Assembly (NCBI GenBank): GCA_040830765.1
Contig: JBFOMH010000021.1
Coordinates: 98,716-162,715, forward strand
Length of the DNA: 64,000 bases
Source: Puniceicoccaceae bacterium
GTDB taxonomy: Bacteria > Verrucomicrobiota > Verrucomicrobiia > Opitutales > Oceanipulchritudinaceae
Reading direction: 5' to 3'
The notes under the pieces are model-generated. The model was not told the origin of the DNA. It worked only from the letters and a program-made list of their open reading frames with translations, and did not search any database. Positions 41,000 through 51,637 of this stretch are shown here, piece by piece (the stretch's first letter is position 1; each line of letters starts with the position of its first letter). A program made the translations under genes and the position numbers.

Positions 41000-41815
41000 T
41001 TAACCGAAGCGGCCGGTGATGTAGGCTTCGGTCTGGGCCTGCTTGGGATTGAAGAAAATGTTCTCTGTAGTGGCATATTCGATCAACTTGCCGAGATAGA
41101 AGAAGGCAGTATTGTCCGAGACGCGGGCTGCCTGCTGCATATTGTGGGTAACGATAACGATCGTGAACTGGTTCTTCAGTTCATGGATCAACTCTTCAAT
41201 TTTGCCGGTGGCAATGGGATCGAGGGCGGAGCAGGGTTCGTCCATGAGAATGACTTCCGGCTTATTGGCGATGGCACGGGCGATACAGAGGCGCTGCATC
41301 TGCCCGCCGGAGAGGCCAAGGGCGCTTTCGTGCAGGCGGTCCTTGACTTCATCCCAGAGGGCAGCCCCCTTGAGGCTTTCCATGACCACTTGATCGAGCT
41401 CGCCCTTCTTGTTTCTTCCGGAAACGCGCAGGCCGTAGATGACGTTCTCGTAGATCGACTTCGGGAATGGATTGGATTTCTGGAAGACCATGCCGATCCG
41501 CTTGCGCAGGGAGATGACCTCGGTCAGGGGATCGAAGACGCTGAGCCCGTTGATGACGATATCACCCTGGTGATTGGCCCCGTCTATCAAGTCGTTCATC
41601 CGGTTGATGCTGCGGAGAAGGGTTGACTTGCCGCAGCCGGAAGGGCCAATAAAGGCGGTCACCTTCTGCTTTGGTATGTCGAAATTGAGATCGTAGAGGG
41701 CTTGGGCGGTTCCGTAGAAAAAGTTGAAGTCCTTGATCTCGATGAGCGCATCCTCCGGGTCGCAGGGTGAGTCCAGTTTGGGATCGTTTGTCACGGTTGA
41801 ATTATCAGTATTCAT
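41000..41815 (-). CDS. pstB: Phosphate ABC transporter ATPase
   Basis: [49 protein letters not shown]. Confidence 0.97.
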   Translation of the reverse strand: MNTDNSTVTNDPKLDSPCDPEDALIEIKDFNFFYGTAQALYDLNFDIPKQKVTAFIGPSGCGKSTLLRSINRMNDLIDGANHQGDIVINGLSVFDPLTEVISLRKRIGMVFQKSNPFPKSIYENVIYGLRVSGRNKKGELDQVVMESLKGAALWDEVKDRLHESALGLSGGQMQRLCIARAIANKPEVILMDEPCSALDPIATGKIEELIHELKNQFTIVIVTHNMQQAARVSDNTAFFYLGKLIEYATTENIFFNPKQAQTEAYITGRFG

Positions 41816-41841
41816 TTTTCGACTACATAGGGTTGGCAGCA

Positions 41842-43503
41842 TCAGAAAGCGCCAGTGGCGTACTTCTTTCTCAGGTGGTTGCGGATGAGGACAGCCCCGA
41901 GGTTGAGGACAATAACCAGGAGGATAAGCAGGAAGGTGGTGGCAAAAACCATGGGCCGGGCGGCCTCGGAGTCCGGCGACTGGAAGCCAAGGTCGTAGAT
42001 ATGGAATCCCAGGTGCATGAACTTCCGTTCAAGGTGGAAAAAGGGCAGGACCCCGTCGATCGGCAAGCTGGGCGCGAGCTTGACCACCCCGACAATCATC
42101 AACGGGGCGACTTCACCGGCTCCACGGGCCATAGCGAGGATGAGACCGGTGAGGATACCGGGGGCCGAGGCGGGCAAGACAATCCGCTGGATGGTCTGCC
42201 ACTTGGAGGCACCGCAGGCAAGGCTGGCTTCACGCGCGCCGCGGGGAACAGCCGCCAGCGCTTCCTCGGTAGCGACCACCACGACCGGGACCGTCATCAG
42301 GGCAAGGGTGAGGGAGGCCCAGAGGATACCCCCGGTACCGAAAGTGGCAGTGGGGAGCCGCTCGGAGAAGAAGAGCTGGTCCACTGTGCCGCCGACGATG
42401 TAGACAAAGAACCCGAGACCAAAGACCCCATAGACGATAGAGGGGACACCGGCGAGGTTGTTGACGGCAATGCGGACACTGCGGACAAAGGGCCCCTGCT
42501 TGGCGTACTCCCGCAGGTAAATGGCCGCGACGACGCCAAAGGGCATGACAGCCGCGCTCATGAGCACCGTCATGACAAAAGTCCCGAAAATAGCCGGGAA
42601 AATACCACCCTCGGTATTGGCTTCCCGGGGTCGTTCGCTGAGGAAGGACCAGATGTGATGCAGAAAAAAGCTGATTTTCTGCCACAGGCCCATCTGGTTG
42701 GGCTGGTGGAACCCGACGAAGTCGCCTAACGGCTGAGAGCGCTCCTGGCCACTGGAGAGACGGTATTGCAGAATATCGGCTTCCTGACGGTCGCGCAGTT
42801 CCCTCGCTTGCCGGGCCAATACCTGATACTCTGCCTGCAAATCGGCAAGGCGTTGCCGGATGTCAGCCAGTTCGTCGTTGTCGATACTGGCTCCCTCCGC
42901 CTGCCGGCGTTCAAGTGCGCGTTCCTGGATGGTCAACTCGTTTACCTTGCGGTTGATGTGGCCAATATCCTTCTTTTCCAGGTGGTTGATTTTACGGTAC
43001 CGTTGACGGACCTCCTCGATGGCTGATTCAAATCTAACCCAGAAATCCGGGGCGGATACCGGCAGGACCGTGCCATCGGCAAATTCAAGGGAAGTGGCAT
43101 AGAAGATGGAATTTCCATACTCCATCCGTTCAGCCACGACGATATCAGTCGGGTTGGCGATCGACGCCACATCGGCGGCGTCGATGTACTTGAACATGGC
43201 TCCGTAAGCATCCTTGTTGCCCGTCAAGAGCTGCCATTCCTCCTTGCCGCTGCGGATATTCTCCTGCTTCTTGACGACAACCCCACTTATGTTCCGGGTT
43301 GAACCCAGAGTGGACCGGGATTCCTCCACCAAGGTGATTTCAACCACCTTTTTGGGCCAGAAGACGGTAATGCCTTCCCAGAAGATAAGCCCCAACAGCA
43401 TGACAACCATCAGCACGCCCAGAGCGAGCCCGGCTGAGCAGAGCCAGACAAGGGTTTCCCCTTTCGGCCGGTCCGTTGCTCCACTGTTGTTTCCAGATGC
43501 CAT
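41842..43503 (-). CDS. pstA: Phosphate ABC transporter permease PstA (long form)
   Basis: [50 protein letters not shown]. Confidence 0.93.
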   Translation of the reverse strand: MASGNNSGATDRPKGETLVWLCSAGLALGVLMVVMLLGLIFWEGITVFWPKKVVEITLVEESRSTLGSTRNISGVVVKKQENIRSGKEEWQLLTGNKDAYGAMFKYIDAADVASIANPTDIVVAERMEYGNSIFYATSLEFADGTVLPVSAPDFWVRFESAIEEVRQRYRKINHLEKKDIGHINRKVNELTIQERALERRQAEGASIDNDELADIRQRLADLQAEYQVLARQARELRDRQEADILQYRLSSGQERSQPLGDFVGFHQPNQMGLWQKISFFLHHIWSFLSERPREANTEGGIFPAIFGTFVMTVLMSAAVMPFGVVAAIYLREYAKQGPFVRSVRIAVNNLAGVPSIVYGVFGLGFFVYIVGGTVDQLFFSERLPTATFGTGGILWASLTLALMTVPVVVVATEEALAAVPRGAREASLACGASKWQTIQRIVLPASAPGILTGLILAMARGAGEVAPLMIVGVVKLAPSLPIDGVLPFFHLERKFMHLGFHIYDLGFQSPDSEAARPMVFATTFLLILLVIVLNLGAVLIRNHLRKKYATGAF

Positions 43504-43510
43504 TTGCTTG

Positions 43511-45826
43511 TTAACCAACTACCTTGAAGCGATTGCGCAGGCGGTGACGCATCATTTCCGCGATGGTGTTGACAAAGAAGGTGAGGACAAAGAGGACAAA
43601 CGCGCCCAGGAACAGTGTCCGGTAAAGTGTCCCCCCATGCGGTGCCTCGGGCAATTCCACGGCAATGTTGGCGGATAAGGTCCGCATTCCGGAGAAGATG
43701 TCAAAGTCGAGGATAGGAGTGTTCCCGGTTGCCATGACGACGATCATGGTTTCGCCAACTGCCCGCCCGAGCCCGATCATGCAGGCCGAGAAAATACCGG
43801 CGGAAGCAGTCGGGAGAACGATGCGGGCCGTCGTCTGCCAGCGACTGGCACCCAAGGCGAGGGAGGCTGAGGTCAGGGAGATGGGAACCGCGGAAAGGGC
43901 ATCCTCGGCGATGGTGTAGATGATGGGAATGACCGCAAAGCCCATCATGAAGCCAACCACAAGCGAGTTCCTTTGCTGGAACTGTGAACCGGCAAAACTT
44001 TCCCACCAGAGGCGGAAGTCAGCCACGGAAGCCCCGGTTGCTGGATCCTCTACCCGGAAGGCGATGGATTCCAGAAGCGGTCCCATCGACCAGGCCACCC
44101 ATGAAACAATGATGATGAGAGGGACAAATATGACGAACTCCCATCCCTTCGGAATGAGAATCCGGAAGCGGATGGGCAGGAGGTTCCAGAGATAGCCGAT
44201 GAGGACGGCGCTCCCCGGGATGGCCAGGCAAATCAAAATGACCGAGGGTATGCGGTCCTCCAGAATCGGGGCCAGCCAGAGGGCACCGAGGAAACCGAGG
44301 ACAACCGAGGGCAGGGAGGCCATGATCTCGATGCCCGGCTTGATGATGCGCTTCAGCTGCGGACTGAGAAACTGGGAGGTATAGATGGCGGCGAGGAGGG
44401 CGATGGGCACCGCAAAGAGTAGCGCATAGAAGGTGCCCTTGAAGGAACCGACAATGAGGGGAATCAAGGACAACTTGGGCTCAAAGTCATCGGAACCTCC
44501 GGTGGATTGCCAGAGGTACTGGGGGGAGTCCTGACCTTCATACCAGATTTTGGCAAAGAAGGCCTTGAAGCCGGCTTCCGGGTGGGGGTCCGACATCCGG
44601 TAGAAGTGGATTTCACCTGCCTTGTCGAGGCCCATGATGCGGTCGAATTTCCCGCTGATGAGAACTTGCTCGAACGCCACCGGTACCTCCGCTTCCCAGC
44701 GGACATCGGCTGTCGTGGCATAACGCAGGGAAATGAGGTCATCATTGGCCAGGATGAAGGCCTTGTTGCGGGAGCTTCGGGCAAAGATAGTGGCACCGCC
44801 TGGAAGAGGATCCAGTTGCTTGGTCTTGCCAAACAGGCGCTGTCCCGAGTCCGCATGGCGGTAGAGGCTGAATATGGTGTTCTCGCCCTCCCTGCTGGTG
44901 AACACGAGGGAGACATCCCCCTTGATGAACTCCATCGAGGCCAGTTCCCCACCGCTATCCTGAAAAGGATTGAAGGACTGGATTTTCTGCCACCCTCCGT
45001 CCCGTTCAAGGAGGTGGACGGTGTTGTCTGAGCAGCGGATGACCAGGTACTGTGCATTGGCCCCAGCCAGGACCTGCACCGGTACGGCGGGGAGGATGTC
45101 CGTAAGGTCGTCGTGGCTGTCGAGCTTGAATCCCGAAGCCCCGAAGAGGCTCCGTTTCTGGACAAAGGTATCCACATGAAGGGACTTGCGGTCACCTTCG
45201 CCAAGGATCGCCGCAATGATCTTTCGTTCCGGGCTGATCGAGACAGCAAGGTCGGCCACTGGTTCAGTGGAACCTGCGAACCGGGCTTTCTTGTCCCATT
45301 CGAGGCTGCTTTCAATGGTCCTGGTGCCGTCCTCGGCAAATTCCGGCGTGTAGAGGATTCGGGCTGTCTGGTACTCGCCGTTGGAATAGCCCAGGGCGAC
45401 GTACTGGCTCTCCTGGAGGTAGGCGACATCCGAAATGAACGCGCCCTCTGGCAGCGAAACGGGAACGACCCGCTTTTCCCGGGAGCCGGTTACGTCAATG
45501 AAGTGGAAGGCATCCTTGCCAAGGACAAAGGGGAATTCGCTCCATTCGTCAGCCCCGATCAGCAGGGGCTCAGCCACTCCGCTTTCAATGCTCGATTCCT
45601 CGGAAACCTTGGCTCCCCCGAAGAGGGGCAGGATTTCGGCCAGGATGAAGAAGAAAATGCCAAAAATGGCAAAGATGACCCCCAGTCCGCCGACGAAGAT
45701 AAACCGGGTCATGAAGGCATCGATCCGGAGCGTTCCCTTGGAAACGCGAAACCGCTCCGGGTCGGGGACCCGGGAGCGGCTTCGTAAAGAATCCGGGCCT
45801 GGGTTTTGGTCTTTTTCGTCTGCCAT
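43511..45826 (-). CDS. pstC: Phosphate ABC transporter permease PstC (long form)
   Basis: WQSTGGSDDFEPK, IEIMASLPSVVLG, SLALGASRWQT, GRAVGETMIVVMATGN. Confidence 0.92.
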   Translation of the reverse strand: MADEKDQNPGPDSLRSRSRVPDPERFRVSKGTLRIDAFMTRFIFVGGLGVIFAIFGIFFFILAEILPLFGGAKVSEESSIESGVAEPLLIGADEWSEFPFVLGKDAFHFIDVTGSREKRVVPVSLPEGAFISDVAYLQESQYVALGYSNGEYQTARILYTPEFAEDGTRTIESSLEWDKKARFAGSTEPVADLAVSISPERKIIAAILGEGDRKSLHVDTFVQKRSLFGASGFKLDSHDDLTDILPAVPVQVLAGANAQYLVIRCSDNTVHLLERDGGWQKIQSFNPFQDSGGELASMEFIKGDVSLVFTSREGENTIFSLYRHADSGQRLFGKTKQLDPLPGGATIFARSSRNKAFILANDDLISLRYATTADVRWEAEVPVAFEQVLISGKFDRIMGLDKAGEIHFYRMSDPHPEAGFKAFFAKIWYEGQDSPQYLWQSTGGSDDFEPKLSLIPLIVGSFKGTFYALLFAVPIALLAAIYTSQFLSPQLKRIIKPGIEIMASLPSVVLGFLGALWLAPILEDRIPSVILICLAIPGSAVLIGYLWNLLPIRFRILIPKGWEFVIFVPLIIIVSWVAWSMGPLLESIAFRVEDPATGASVADFRLWWESFAGSQFQQRNSLVVGFMMGFAVIPIIYTIAEDALSAVPISLTSASLALGASRWQTTARIVLPTASAGIFSACMIGLGRAVGETMIVVMATGNTPILDFDIFSGMRTLSANIAVELPEAPHGGTLYRTLFLGAFVLFVLTFFVNTIAEMMRHRLRNRFKVVG

Positions 45827-45889
45827 CTTGAAACCCTTGATCAAGGGAAGGAACAATAGGAAGATGAAAAGACCCTCAGGCCGTCAATA

Positions 45890-46852
45890 TTACTTTTCCA
45901 GTTCAGCCACATACTGCGCGGCAATGGCCGCCGGCAGCGGATAGTAGCCGTCCTTGACAACAATTTCCTGGCCCTGCTTGGAGAGGACAAACTTGAGGAA
46001 TTCGCGGGTCAGGGTATCCAGCTTTTCAACGGGATTCCGGTTAATGTAAATATAAAGGAGGCGGGCCAGCGGATAATCGCCGGAGATGCAGTTTTCCAAT
46101 GTGGCCTCGTACATTTCCCCGCCATCGACAGAAAGGGCGAGGACCTTGACCCCGGAGGTCTTGTATCCGATTCCGGAATAGCCGATACCGTAGAGATCGC
46201 TGCCGATGCCTTGGACAACTGCGGACGAGCCGGGCTGCTCCTTGACCGTGGACTTGAAGTCCCCCTTGAGGAGAGCCACGCTCTTGAAGAAGCCGTAGGT
46301 TCCGCTGGCGCTGTTCCGGCCATAGGCGGAGATGCTGCGGGAGGCCCACTCGCCGTCGAGTCCGGCCTGGCCCCAGTTTTCGATGGGGTCCGCGCCGCGC
46401 TTCAAGGTGCTGGAGAACATCGCGTCAACCTGCTTGAGGTCGAGCCCGTCGATCGGGTTGTCCTTGTGGACGAAGACCGCCAGGGCATCGAGGGAAACAC
46501 CAATTTGGAACGGCTTGTAGCCGAATTCCGCCTCGAACTTGTCGATTTCTGAACTTTTCATGGCCCGGCTCATGGGACCGAGCTGCGCCGTGCCTTCAAT
46601 GAGGGCGGGCGGGGCGGTGGAGGAACCTTTGCCCTCGATCTGGATGTGGACATTCGGGTAGATGGCCGAAAAAGCCTCCGCCCAGAGGGTCATCAGATTG
46701 TTGAGGGTGTCTGAACCGATGGAGTCGAGGTTGCCGGAGACTCCGGAGACCGGTTCATAGACGGGAAGATCGGAATCGACCGTACCTGCATTTGTCACAT
46801 TCAGGGCCGGACCAACTAGGGCCGCGGCAATTATCCATTTTGCTAATTTCAT
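45890..46852 (-). CDS. pstS: Phosphate ABC transporter substrate-binding protein
   Basis: GSDTL, GKGSSTA, MSR, GRNSASGTY, YPLARLLY. Confidence 0.95.
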   Translation of the reverse strand: MKLAKWIIAAALVGPALNVTNAGTVDSDLPVYEPVSGVSGNLDSIGSDTLNNLMTLWAEAFSAIYPNVHIQIEGKGSSTAPPALIEGTAQLGPMSRAMKSSEIDKFEAEFGYKPFQIGVSLDALAVFVHKDNPIDGLDLKQVDAMFSSTLKRGADPIENWGQAGLDGEWASRSISAYGRNSASGTYGFFKSVALLKGDFKSTVKEQPGSSAVVQGIGSDLYGIGYSGIGYKTSGVKVLALSVDGGEMYEATLENCISGDYPLARLLYIYINRNPVEKLDTLTREFLKFVLSKQGQEIVVKDGYYPLPAAIAAQYVAELEK

Positions 46853-46870
46853 GTTTTTTGTGCTTTGTGG

Positions 46871-48013
46871 TTACCAGTAAAGACGGATAGCGGAGGTGAA
46901 TCCGTAACCGCTGAATTCTCCCCCATCGTCGGCGGAGTCCTTCATGTCAGTGAAGGTGAAGCCATTCTGCCATTTCAGCTTGTGGCCGTAGAAATAGGTG
47001 TTGAGACCGATGTAGAGGTCCTGCAGGCGGTCGCCACGGCCACCTCCATATGCCCGCCTCTCATAGCGGTTCAGCCGCAGACCGTTGTCCTCGGAACTGG
47101 AGAGGTAGTTATAGGAGGCGACGACTTGAAAGGTGTCGTTGATATCGTAGAAGGGCATGATTTGCAGGCCCCACTGGCTGTCTCCCGAGAAACTTTCCGC
47201 GAAGCTTAAATCGCCCCACAAGTGCCAGGGTCCATTGTCGTATTGGCCGTTAATGGAGAGGATGGTTTCAAGCGCATTGGTGCCGAGTCGGCCGTCGGAT
47301 TCGTCATTATAGACAAAATCCACCCGCAGGCTGGCCTTGTCGACATTGAGGCTGCTGCCGAAGTCCTTCCCGGCACTGAGGAGCAGGAAGAAACCTTCCT
47401 CACCCACGTTCTCGATCTCGTCACTGCGATCGTTCGAGAACAGGCCGACTTTGTAGCTCCATGTCTCGTTTTCACCGGAAGCAGTGGCCCCGAAGAAATA
47501 CTCCCGGGTGAACCAGAAGTTGTTGCTCAGGCTACCGCGCTCGGTAGTGATGATTCGCTTGGAGGAGGTGGAGCCGTCGAGGGTGAATCCGGCGGATTGC
47601 TTGCCCAGCTTGATGGACAGGTCGTTGCCGGTTTTCCAGCCAATGTAGGCGTCCGTTATCCCGTCGTAGACCGGATCCGTGTTTTCCGGGTCGAGGTTCA
47701 GCTCGACATGAGCGGTGAATTTCTGGAATACAGTGGCCTTGAAGCCGGCCCGGGCCCGGCGCCAAGCGGTGTCGTCCCAGGACTGCTGGTCGTCTTCGTT
47801 GACGTAGGCGTAGTCGTATTGCAGGCGTCCGGTAAAGGCCAGTTTCTGGATGAACTCATTATCCTTCGAGTCATACAGCTTCGCGCTTCCCCAGAGCTTG
47901 TCGTAGTTGTCTTGCATGCTTGAATCGGACGCTGCCACGGCATTGGCAAAGCCAATACCAAGGAGCGTTCCGATGATCAGCGTTAGGATCGTTTTCGGTT
48001 GTTTTGTCTTCAT
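46871..48013 (-). CDS. Phosphate-selective porin (OprO/OprP family)
   Basis: Signal peptide, GRLQYD, RRAR.G, DAY.G, TERG, aromatic C-terminus; first gene of the pst operon. Confidence 0.82.
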   Translation of the reverse strand: MKTKQPKTILTLIIGTLLGIGFANAVAASDSSMQDNYDKLWGSAKLYDSKDNEFIQKLAFTGRLQYDYAYVNEDDQQSWDDTAWRRARAGFKATVFQKFTAHVELNLDPENTDPVYDGITDAYIGWKTGNDLSIKLGKQSAGFTLDGSTSSKRIITTERGSLSNNFWFTREYFFGATASGENETWSYKVGLFSNDRSDEIENVGEEGFFLLLSAGKDFGSSLNVDKASLRVDFVYNDESDGRLGTNALETILSINGQYDNGPWHLWGDLSFAESFSGDSQWGLQIMPFYDINDTFQVVASYNYLSSSEDNGLRLNRYERRAYGGGRGDRLQDLYIGLNTYFYGHKLKWQNGFTFTDMKDSADDGGEFSGYGFTSAIRLYW

Positions 48014-48129
48014 ACACAATGGGGCCAAAAGTTTAGTTTGGCCTTCGGGTTCAAATCATTCGCAGCCCAAACTTTGCTCCCATCCGTGGTAAGCAAATGA
48101 ATAATTTTCTATGCACCGACATTTAACCA

Positions 48130-48160
48130 TGGTGACACAATTGTCACATGATTGTAACGA
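48130..48160. promoter_or_regulatory. Pho-box-like site
   Basis: TTGTCAC-ATGA-TTGTAAC direct repeat at 11-bp spacing; on the minus strand GTTACA/GTGACA/GTCACC recur every 11 bp; about 120 bp upstream of the porin-pst operon. Confidence 0.72.
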
Positions 48161-48182
48161 TCGCCGAGGTGGGATCAGGCGC

Positions 48183-49856
48183 TTAGTTGTTGCGTGATTT
48201 GGCCTTCATGTAGAAGTGGCCCAGAATGACGGCCACAAGATAGCCAATAATGAAAATCCGGCCAACCGGAACTACTGCTCCGCCAATGGTCATCGACTTG
48301 CCCCAGGATGTCGCCAGGGAGGCGGAACCGGTAATCAAAAGGACCAGCCCGAGGAGTGCATTCCAGACAAACCTGTGGCGCCCACGGGGCATGTTTTCGC
48401 CGAGCAACTGCCGCGAATTGATCATGAGGAAGAAGGCCAGCAGGGCCACTGGAAGGAGAGTATAGGCAAGGGCTGCTGCCGGAATGGCCAGGTATGCCTT
48501 AGAGGAACCCGTCCAGAGGATGGGCCAGAGAACGCCGGTGGCAGCCAGCAGCGTGCCCATCTTGAAATGGATACCTCCATGGGGTACTTTGAATACTTCA
48601 CAAACCACCGCGCCGGATATCAGCATGAGGACGGAGATTGTCGACAGGGCCATGCCCAGAACCCCTATCCCAAAAATGAGGTGGGCCACAGTGGGACCTA
48701 CGAGGACTTCAAGGGAACGGGCAAATTGACGGTTGCTGCGATGAAGCAACATGGCAGCCAATTCAAGTTCCCCAGGCTCGACCTTGGTTTCCTCTGTATA
48801 CCCGCCGGGTCTGCGGGTCAGCATGCCCTCTAGTTCACCGACTTGAGCAGTATAGGCCGGATTGGCAGAAATCTGGAGTACCCCGTCATGGGTCTCGAGA
48901 ATCCCCTGATAGGGCTTGCCGTTGAACATGTTACCCGAGGCAATGACGATACAGGAGGTGGCGATGATAAAGGGAATGACCATGCCGGTTGAGAGGTCGA
49001 AGATAGCCAGTCCCCGGTGCTGCTTGCCCCATCCCTTGGCCCGCATGGTGTAGGGAAGCATGAAGGTCATATTGATGCCCACGGCAGCTGAGGCAGCCGC
49101 GATCATGACGGTCCTCTGCCGGGAGACTACCAATTCGGTCCAGAACGTCCGGACCTCCGCGTTCTCAATCGTTTGCAGAACCTGCTGATAGGCCTCGCTG
49201 GGATGAAAAATGAGTCCGGGACTGGGAATGAAACCGGCCAGGATCTGGCCAAAGGGCAAGCCTTCCTCACTCAAGGCCAGCCGGACCACGACGAGAATAA
49301 AGGCGACGACAATCAAGCCGACCATGGTTTTCAGGATATTCTCATAGATCCGTATTCCCCTGCCTCCGCTGCCGTAGAGAAAGGTCACCGCCATCACCAG
49401 GCCAAGAATGAGGCAGGAAATCAGCAGCTTGAATCCGAAACTGTCTCCCATTTCAGCAAGGCCGGGAAAGATATTCTCGGTCAGCGCCCCAAAAGCGAGG
49501 GAGTACTGGGGCAGGACAAAGACCATGTTGGCGGCCAGGGCGGCGAGGATCCAGCCCCAGGCAAGGACTGGGTTGATTCGTGTGCGCATGCTCTGGAAGG
49601 GACTTTCCCCTGTTGAAAGGGTGACGTAGCCGATGGCGGCGAGCATGATCACGCCGAGGATGATGGCCCCGGCCTGGACCCAGAGTACGGAATAACCACC
49701 CACAACCCCGAGGAACAAAGCTCCAGCCAGGGAGCCTCCCCCAAGGGTGATGGCGCTTTGCAGCCAGCCGGGTCCGGATAATTTGGCGTAGGTCCGGAAT
49801 CGGGCCCATCCGCTGGCATTTTCGACGTTTTGCAGTTCCTGAAGGGAGTCTTTCAT
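48183..49856 (-). CDS. Nramp-related membrane transporter
   Basis: Many TM segments; GPGWLQSAITLGGGS...G...GY..LW resembles Nramp TM1-2 but lacks DPGN. Confidence 0.7.
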   Translation of the reverse strand: MKDSLQELQNVENASGWARFRTYAKLSGPGWLQSAITLGGGSLAGALFLGVVGGYSVLWVQAGAIILGVIMLAAIGYVTLSTGESPFQSMRTRINPVLAWGWILAALAANMVFVLPQYSLAFGALTENIFPGLAEMGDSFGFKLLISCLILGLVMAVTFLYGSGGRGIRIYENILKTMVGLIVVAFILVVVRLALSEEGLPFGQILAGFIPSPGLIFHPSEAYQQVLQTIENAEVRTFWTELVVSRQRTVMIAAASAAVGINMTFMLPYTMRAKGWGKQHRGLAIFDLSTGMVIPFIIATSCIVIASGNMFNGKPYQGILETHDGVLQISANPAYTAQVGELEGMLTRRPGGYTEETKVEPGELELAAMLLHRSNRQFARSLEVLVGPTVAHLIFGIGVLGMALSTISVLMLISGAVVCEVFKVPHGGIHFKMGTLLAATGVLWPILWTGSSKAYLAIPAAALAYTLLPVALLAFFLMINSRQLLGENMPRGRHRFVWNALLGLVLLITGSASLATSWGKSMTIGGAVVPVGRIFIIGYLVAVILGHFYMKAKSRNN

Positions 49857-50011
49857 CGGGAGGAGTGAGGAATAGGGGGTTAAACCGTTTGGTGGCTAGC
49901 TGTAAGGGATGAAGGAGGCCTCGCCAACCCAATAATCGCCTAATCGCTTGGCGTGGGCTGCCCGTGTTTCTGCTGGCATCCTCCATTTAATGCGTTATGA
50001 ACATTGAACCC

Positions 50012-50935
50012 ATGGCTGGTTCATCAAAGAAAGTAATCCTCGCAGCCCTGATTGGCAATGGGCTCATCGCTATCACGAAGTTTATTGCCGCCGGACTGAC
50101 CCGCAGTTCCGCCATGTTGTCGGAGGCCATCCATTCCGTGGTCGATACAGGCAATCAGATCCTGCTGCTCTATGGCCTGAAGAAGTCAAAGCAGCCTGCT
50201 GACGCTGCTTATCCCTTCGGTTATGGGCGGGAGCTCTATTTCTGGAGCTTCATCGTGGCTATCATGATATTTGCCGTTGGGGCTGGTATTTCCACCTACG
50301 AGGGGATCCGCCATATTCTGCATCCCGAACCGGTGAAGAATCCCATGGTCAATTATGTTGTCCTGGGGCTGGCAATGATCTTCGAGGGCGCGGCCTGGTG
50401 GTATGCCTGGAAGGCTTTTGACGAGCACCGCGGGAGAAAGGGCTACTTGAAGGCCGTCCACGAGGGGAAGGACCCGACGATGTTTGTTGTCCTATTCGAG
50501 GACTCCGCAGCCATGCTGGGCCTGGTTGTGGCTTTCCTGGGGATCCTGCTCAGCGACGTGACCGGCATCCTCTACTTTGATGGAGCGGCCTCGGTAGTCA
50601 TCGGGCTGATCCTGGGCGGGACTGCCGCCTGGCTGGCCTACGAGACCAAGAGCCTCCTTATCGGGGAGAGTGCGGACCCGAAACTGGTCGAAGCTCTCAG
50701 GGCCATCGCGGTCGATTATCCGGAAATCACGACCGTCAACAAAGTGCTGACGATGCACATGGGGGCGGAGGACATCCTCGTCAATTTGAGTGTGGACTTT
50801 GCCGATGGCGTTCCCTCGGAGCGCGTGGAGCAGGTCATCGCCACCATCGACCGCAAGTTCAAGGAAACCAACCCGGCGATCAAGCGGCTCTTCATTGAGG
50901 CGGAGGCGATGCGCGGTTCCCCACCGCCGGCCTGA
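50012..50935 (+). CDS. Cation diffusion facilitator (CDF) transporter
   Basis: SSAMLSEAIHSVVDTGNQ, YPFGYGRE, EDSAA, LLIGE, C-terminal dimerisation domain. Confidence 0.92.
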   Translation: MAGSSKKVILAALIGNGLIAITKFIAAGLTRSSAMLSEAIHSVVDTGNQILLLYGLKKSKQPADAAYPFGYGRELYFWSFIVAIMIFAVGAGISTYEGIRHILHPEPVKNPMVNYVVLGLAMIFEGAAWWYAWKAFDEHRGRKGYLKAVHEGKDPTMFVVLFEDSAAMLGLVVAFLGILLSDVTGILYFDGAASVVIGLILGGTAAWLAYETKSLLIGESADPKLVEALRAIAVDYPEITTVNKVLTMHMGAEDILVNLSVDFADGVPSERVEQVIATIDRKFKETNPAIKRLFIEAEAMRGSPPPA

Positions 50936-50942
50936 CTTTCCC

Positions 50943-51329
50943 TCAGCGTTTTTCAGAGGAGCGCTGCAACCATTCGGCGTAGGCGGCCTCAACGGTCTCG
51001 CCGGCGGCGAGGTCGCGGGTCATGATGACCGCCTCCGTTTCGGGAGCCTTTAACCGGTATCCATTAATGCCGAGGAACATGTAGGCGGCCATGAATCCAA
51101 TGCGCTTGTTTCCATCAAGAAATGGATGGTTGTTCACCAATCCGTTTGTATAGGCCGCTGCCAATTCAAATAGAGATGGATCACCATAGTGATGGAGTTG
51201 CAACGGCCGGTTCAGGGCTGAGTCCAGCATGCCTTTGTCCCGTACACCCTCAAGACCACCAAAACGGGCCAGCAGTTCCTTGTGGACGGCGAGTAGACTT
51301 TCAGCTGACAGCCAGTATGGATCCTTCAT
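50943..51329 (-). CDS. doc: Doc/Fic-family toxin
   Basis: GVRD.G.L.SAL.RP, NHPFLDGNKR; overlaps the antitoxin by 4 bp. Confidence 0.92.
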   Translation of the reverse strand: MKDPYWLSAESLLAVHKELLARFGGLEGVRDKGMLDSALNRPLQLHHYGDPSLFELAAAYTNGLVNNHPFLDGNKRIGFMAAYMFLGINGYRLKAPETEAVIMTRDLAAGETVEAAYAEWLQRSSEKR

Positions 51330-51556
51330 TTGGCAAGTTCCCGCAGGGCATTACGGTACTCAGCCATACCTTCTTCGGCTACTTTCATAATTTCCTCAAA
51401 CCCAGGCTTCTCCGGCGTAATATGCAGGGAATCCTTGGGTGCCTTTGTGATGTACAGGGAGGCTCCCTCCTCAACGTTCATTGCCTGCAGTGCTTCCTTG
51501 GGCAGCACGATACCGAGGGAGTTGCCAATCTTGCGGACTTTTGTCTTCATTGCCAT
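51326..51556 (-). CDS. AbrB/MazE-family antitoxin
   Basis: KVRKIGNSLGIVLPKE; C-terminal YRNALRELAK typical of Doc-associated antitoxins. Confidence 0.9.
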   Translation of the reverse strand: MAMKTKVRKIGNSLGIVLPKEALQAMNVEEGASLYITKAPKDSLHITPEKPGFEEIMKVAEEGMAEYRNALRELAK

Positions 51557-51560
51557 GATA

Positions 51561-51577
51561 ATAACATATGTTATAAC
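51561..51577. promoter_or_regulatory. Palindromic operator of the toxin-antitoxin module
   Basis: Perfect 14-bp palindrome ATAACATATGTTAT overlapped by GTTATAAC, immediately 5' of the antitoxin start. Confidence 0.65.
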
Positions 51578-51637
51578 TATGGATTTGGTCAAGCCTCAAG
51601 GGGCTTGCGGATCGCGGAGGTAGCTTTACGTGATTCG

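Noticed and set aside
49857..50011. Metal-sensing riboswitch (yybP-ykoY or NiCo) between the transporters
   Set aside because: I could not find the conserved motifs on either strand.
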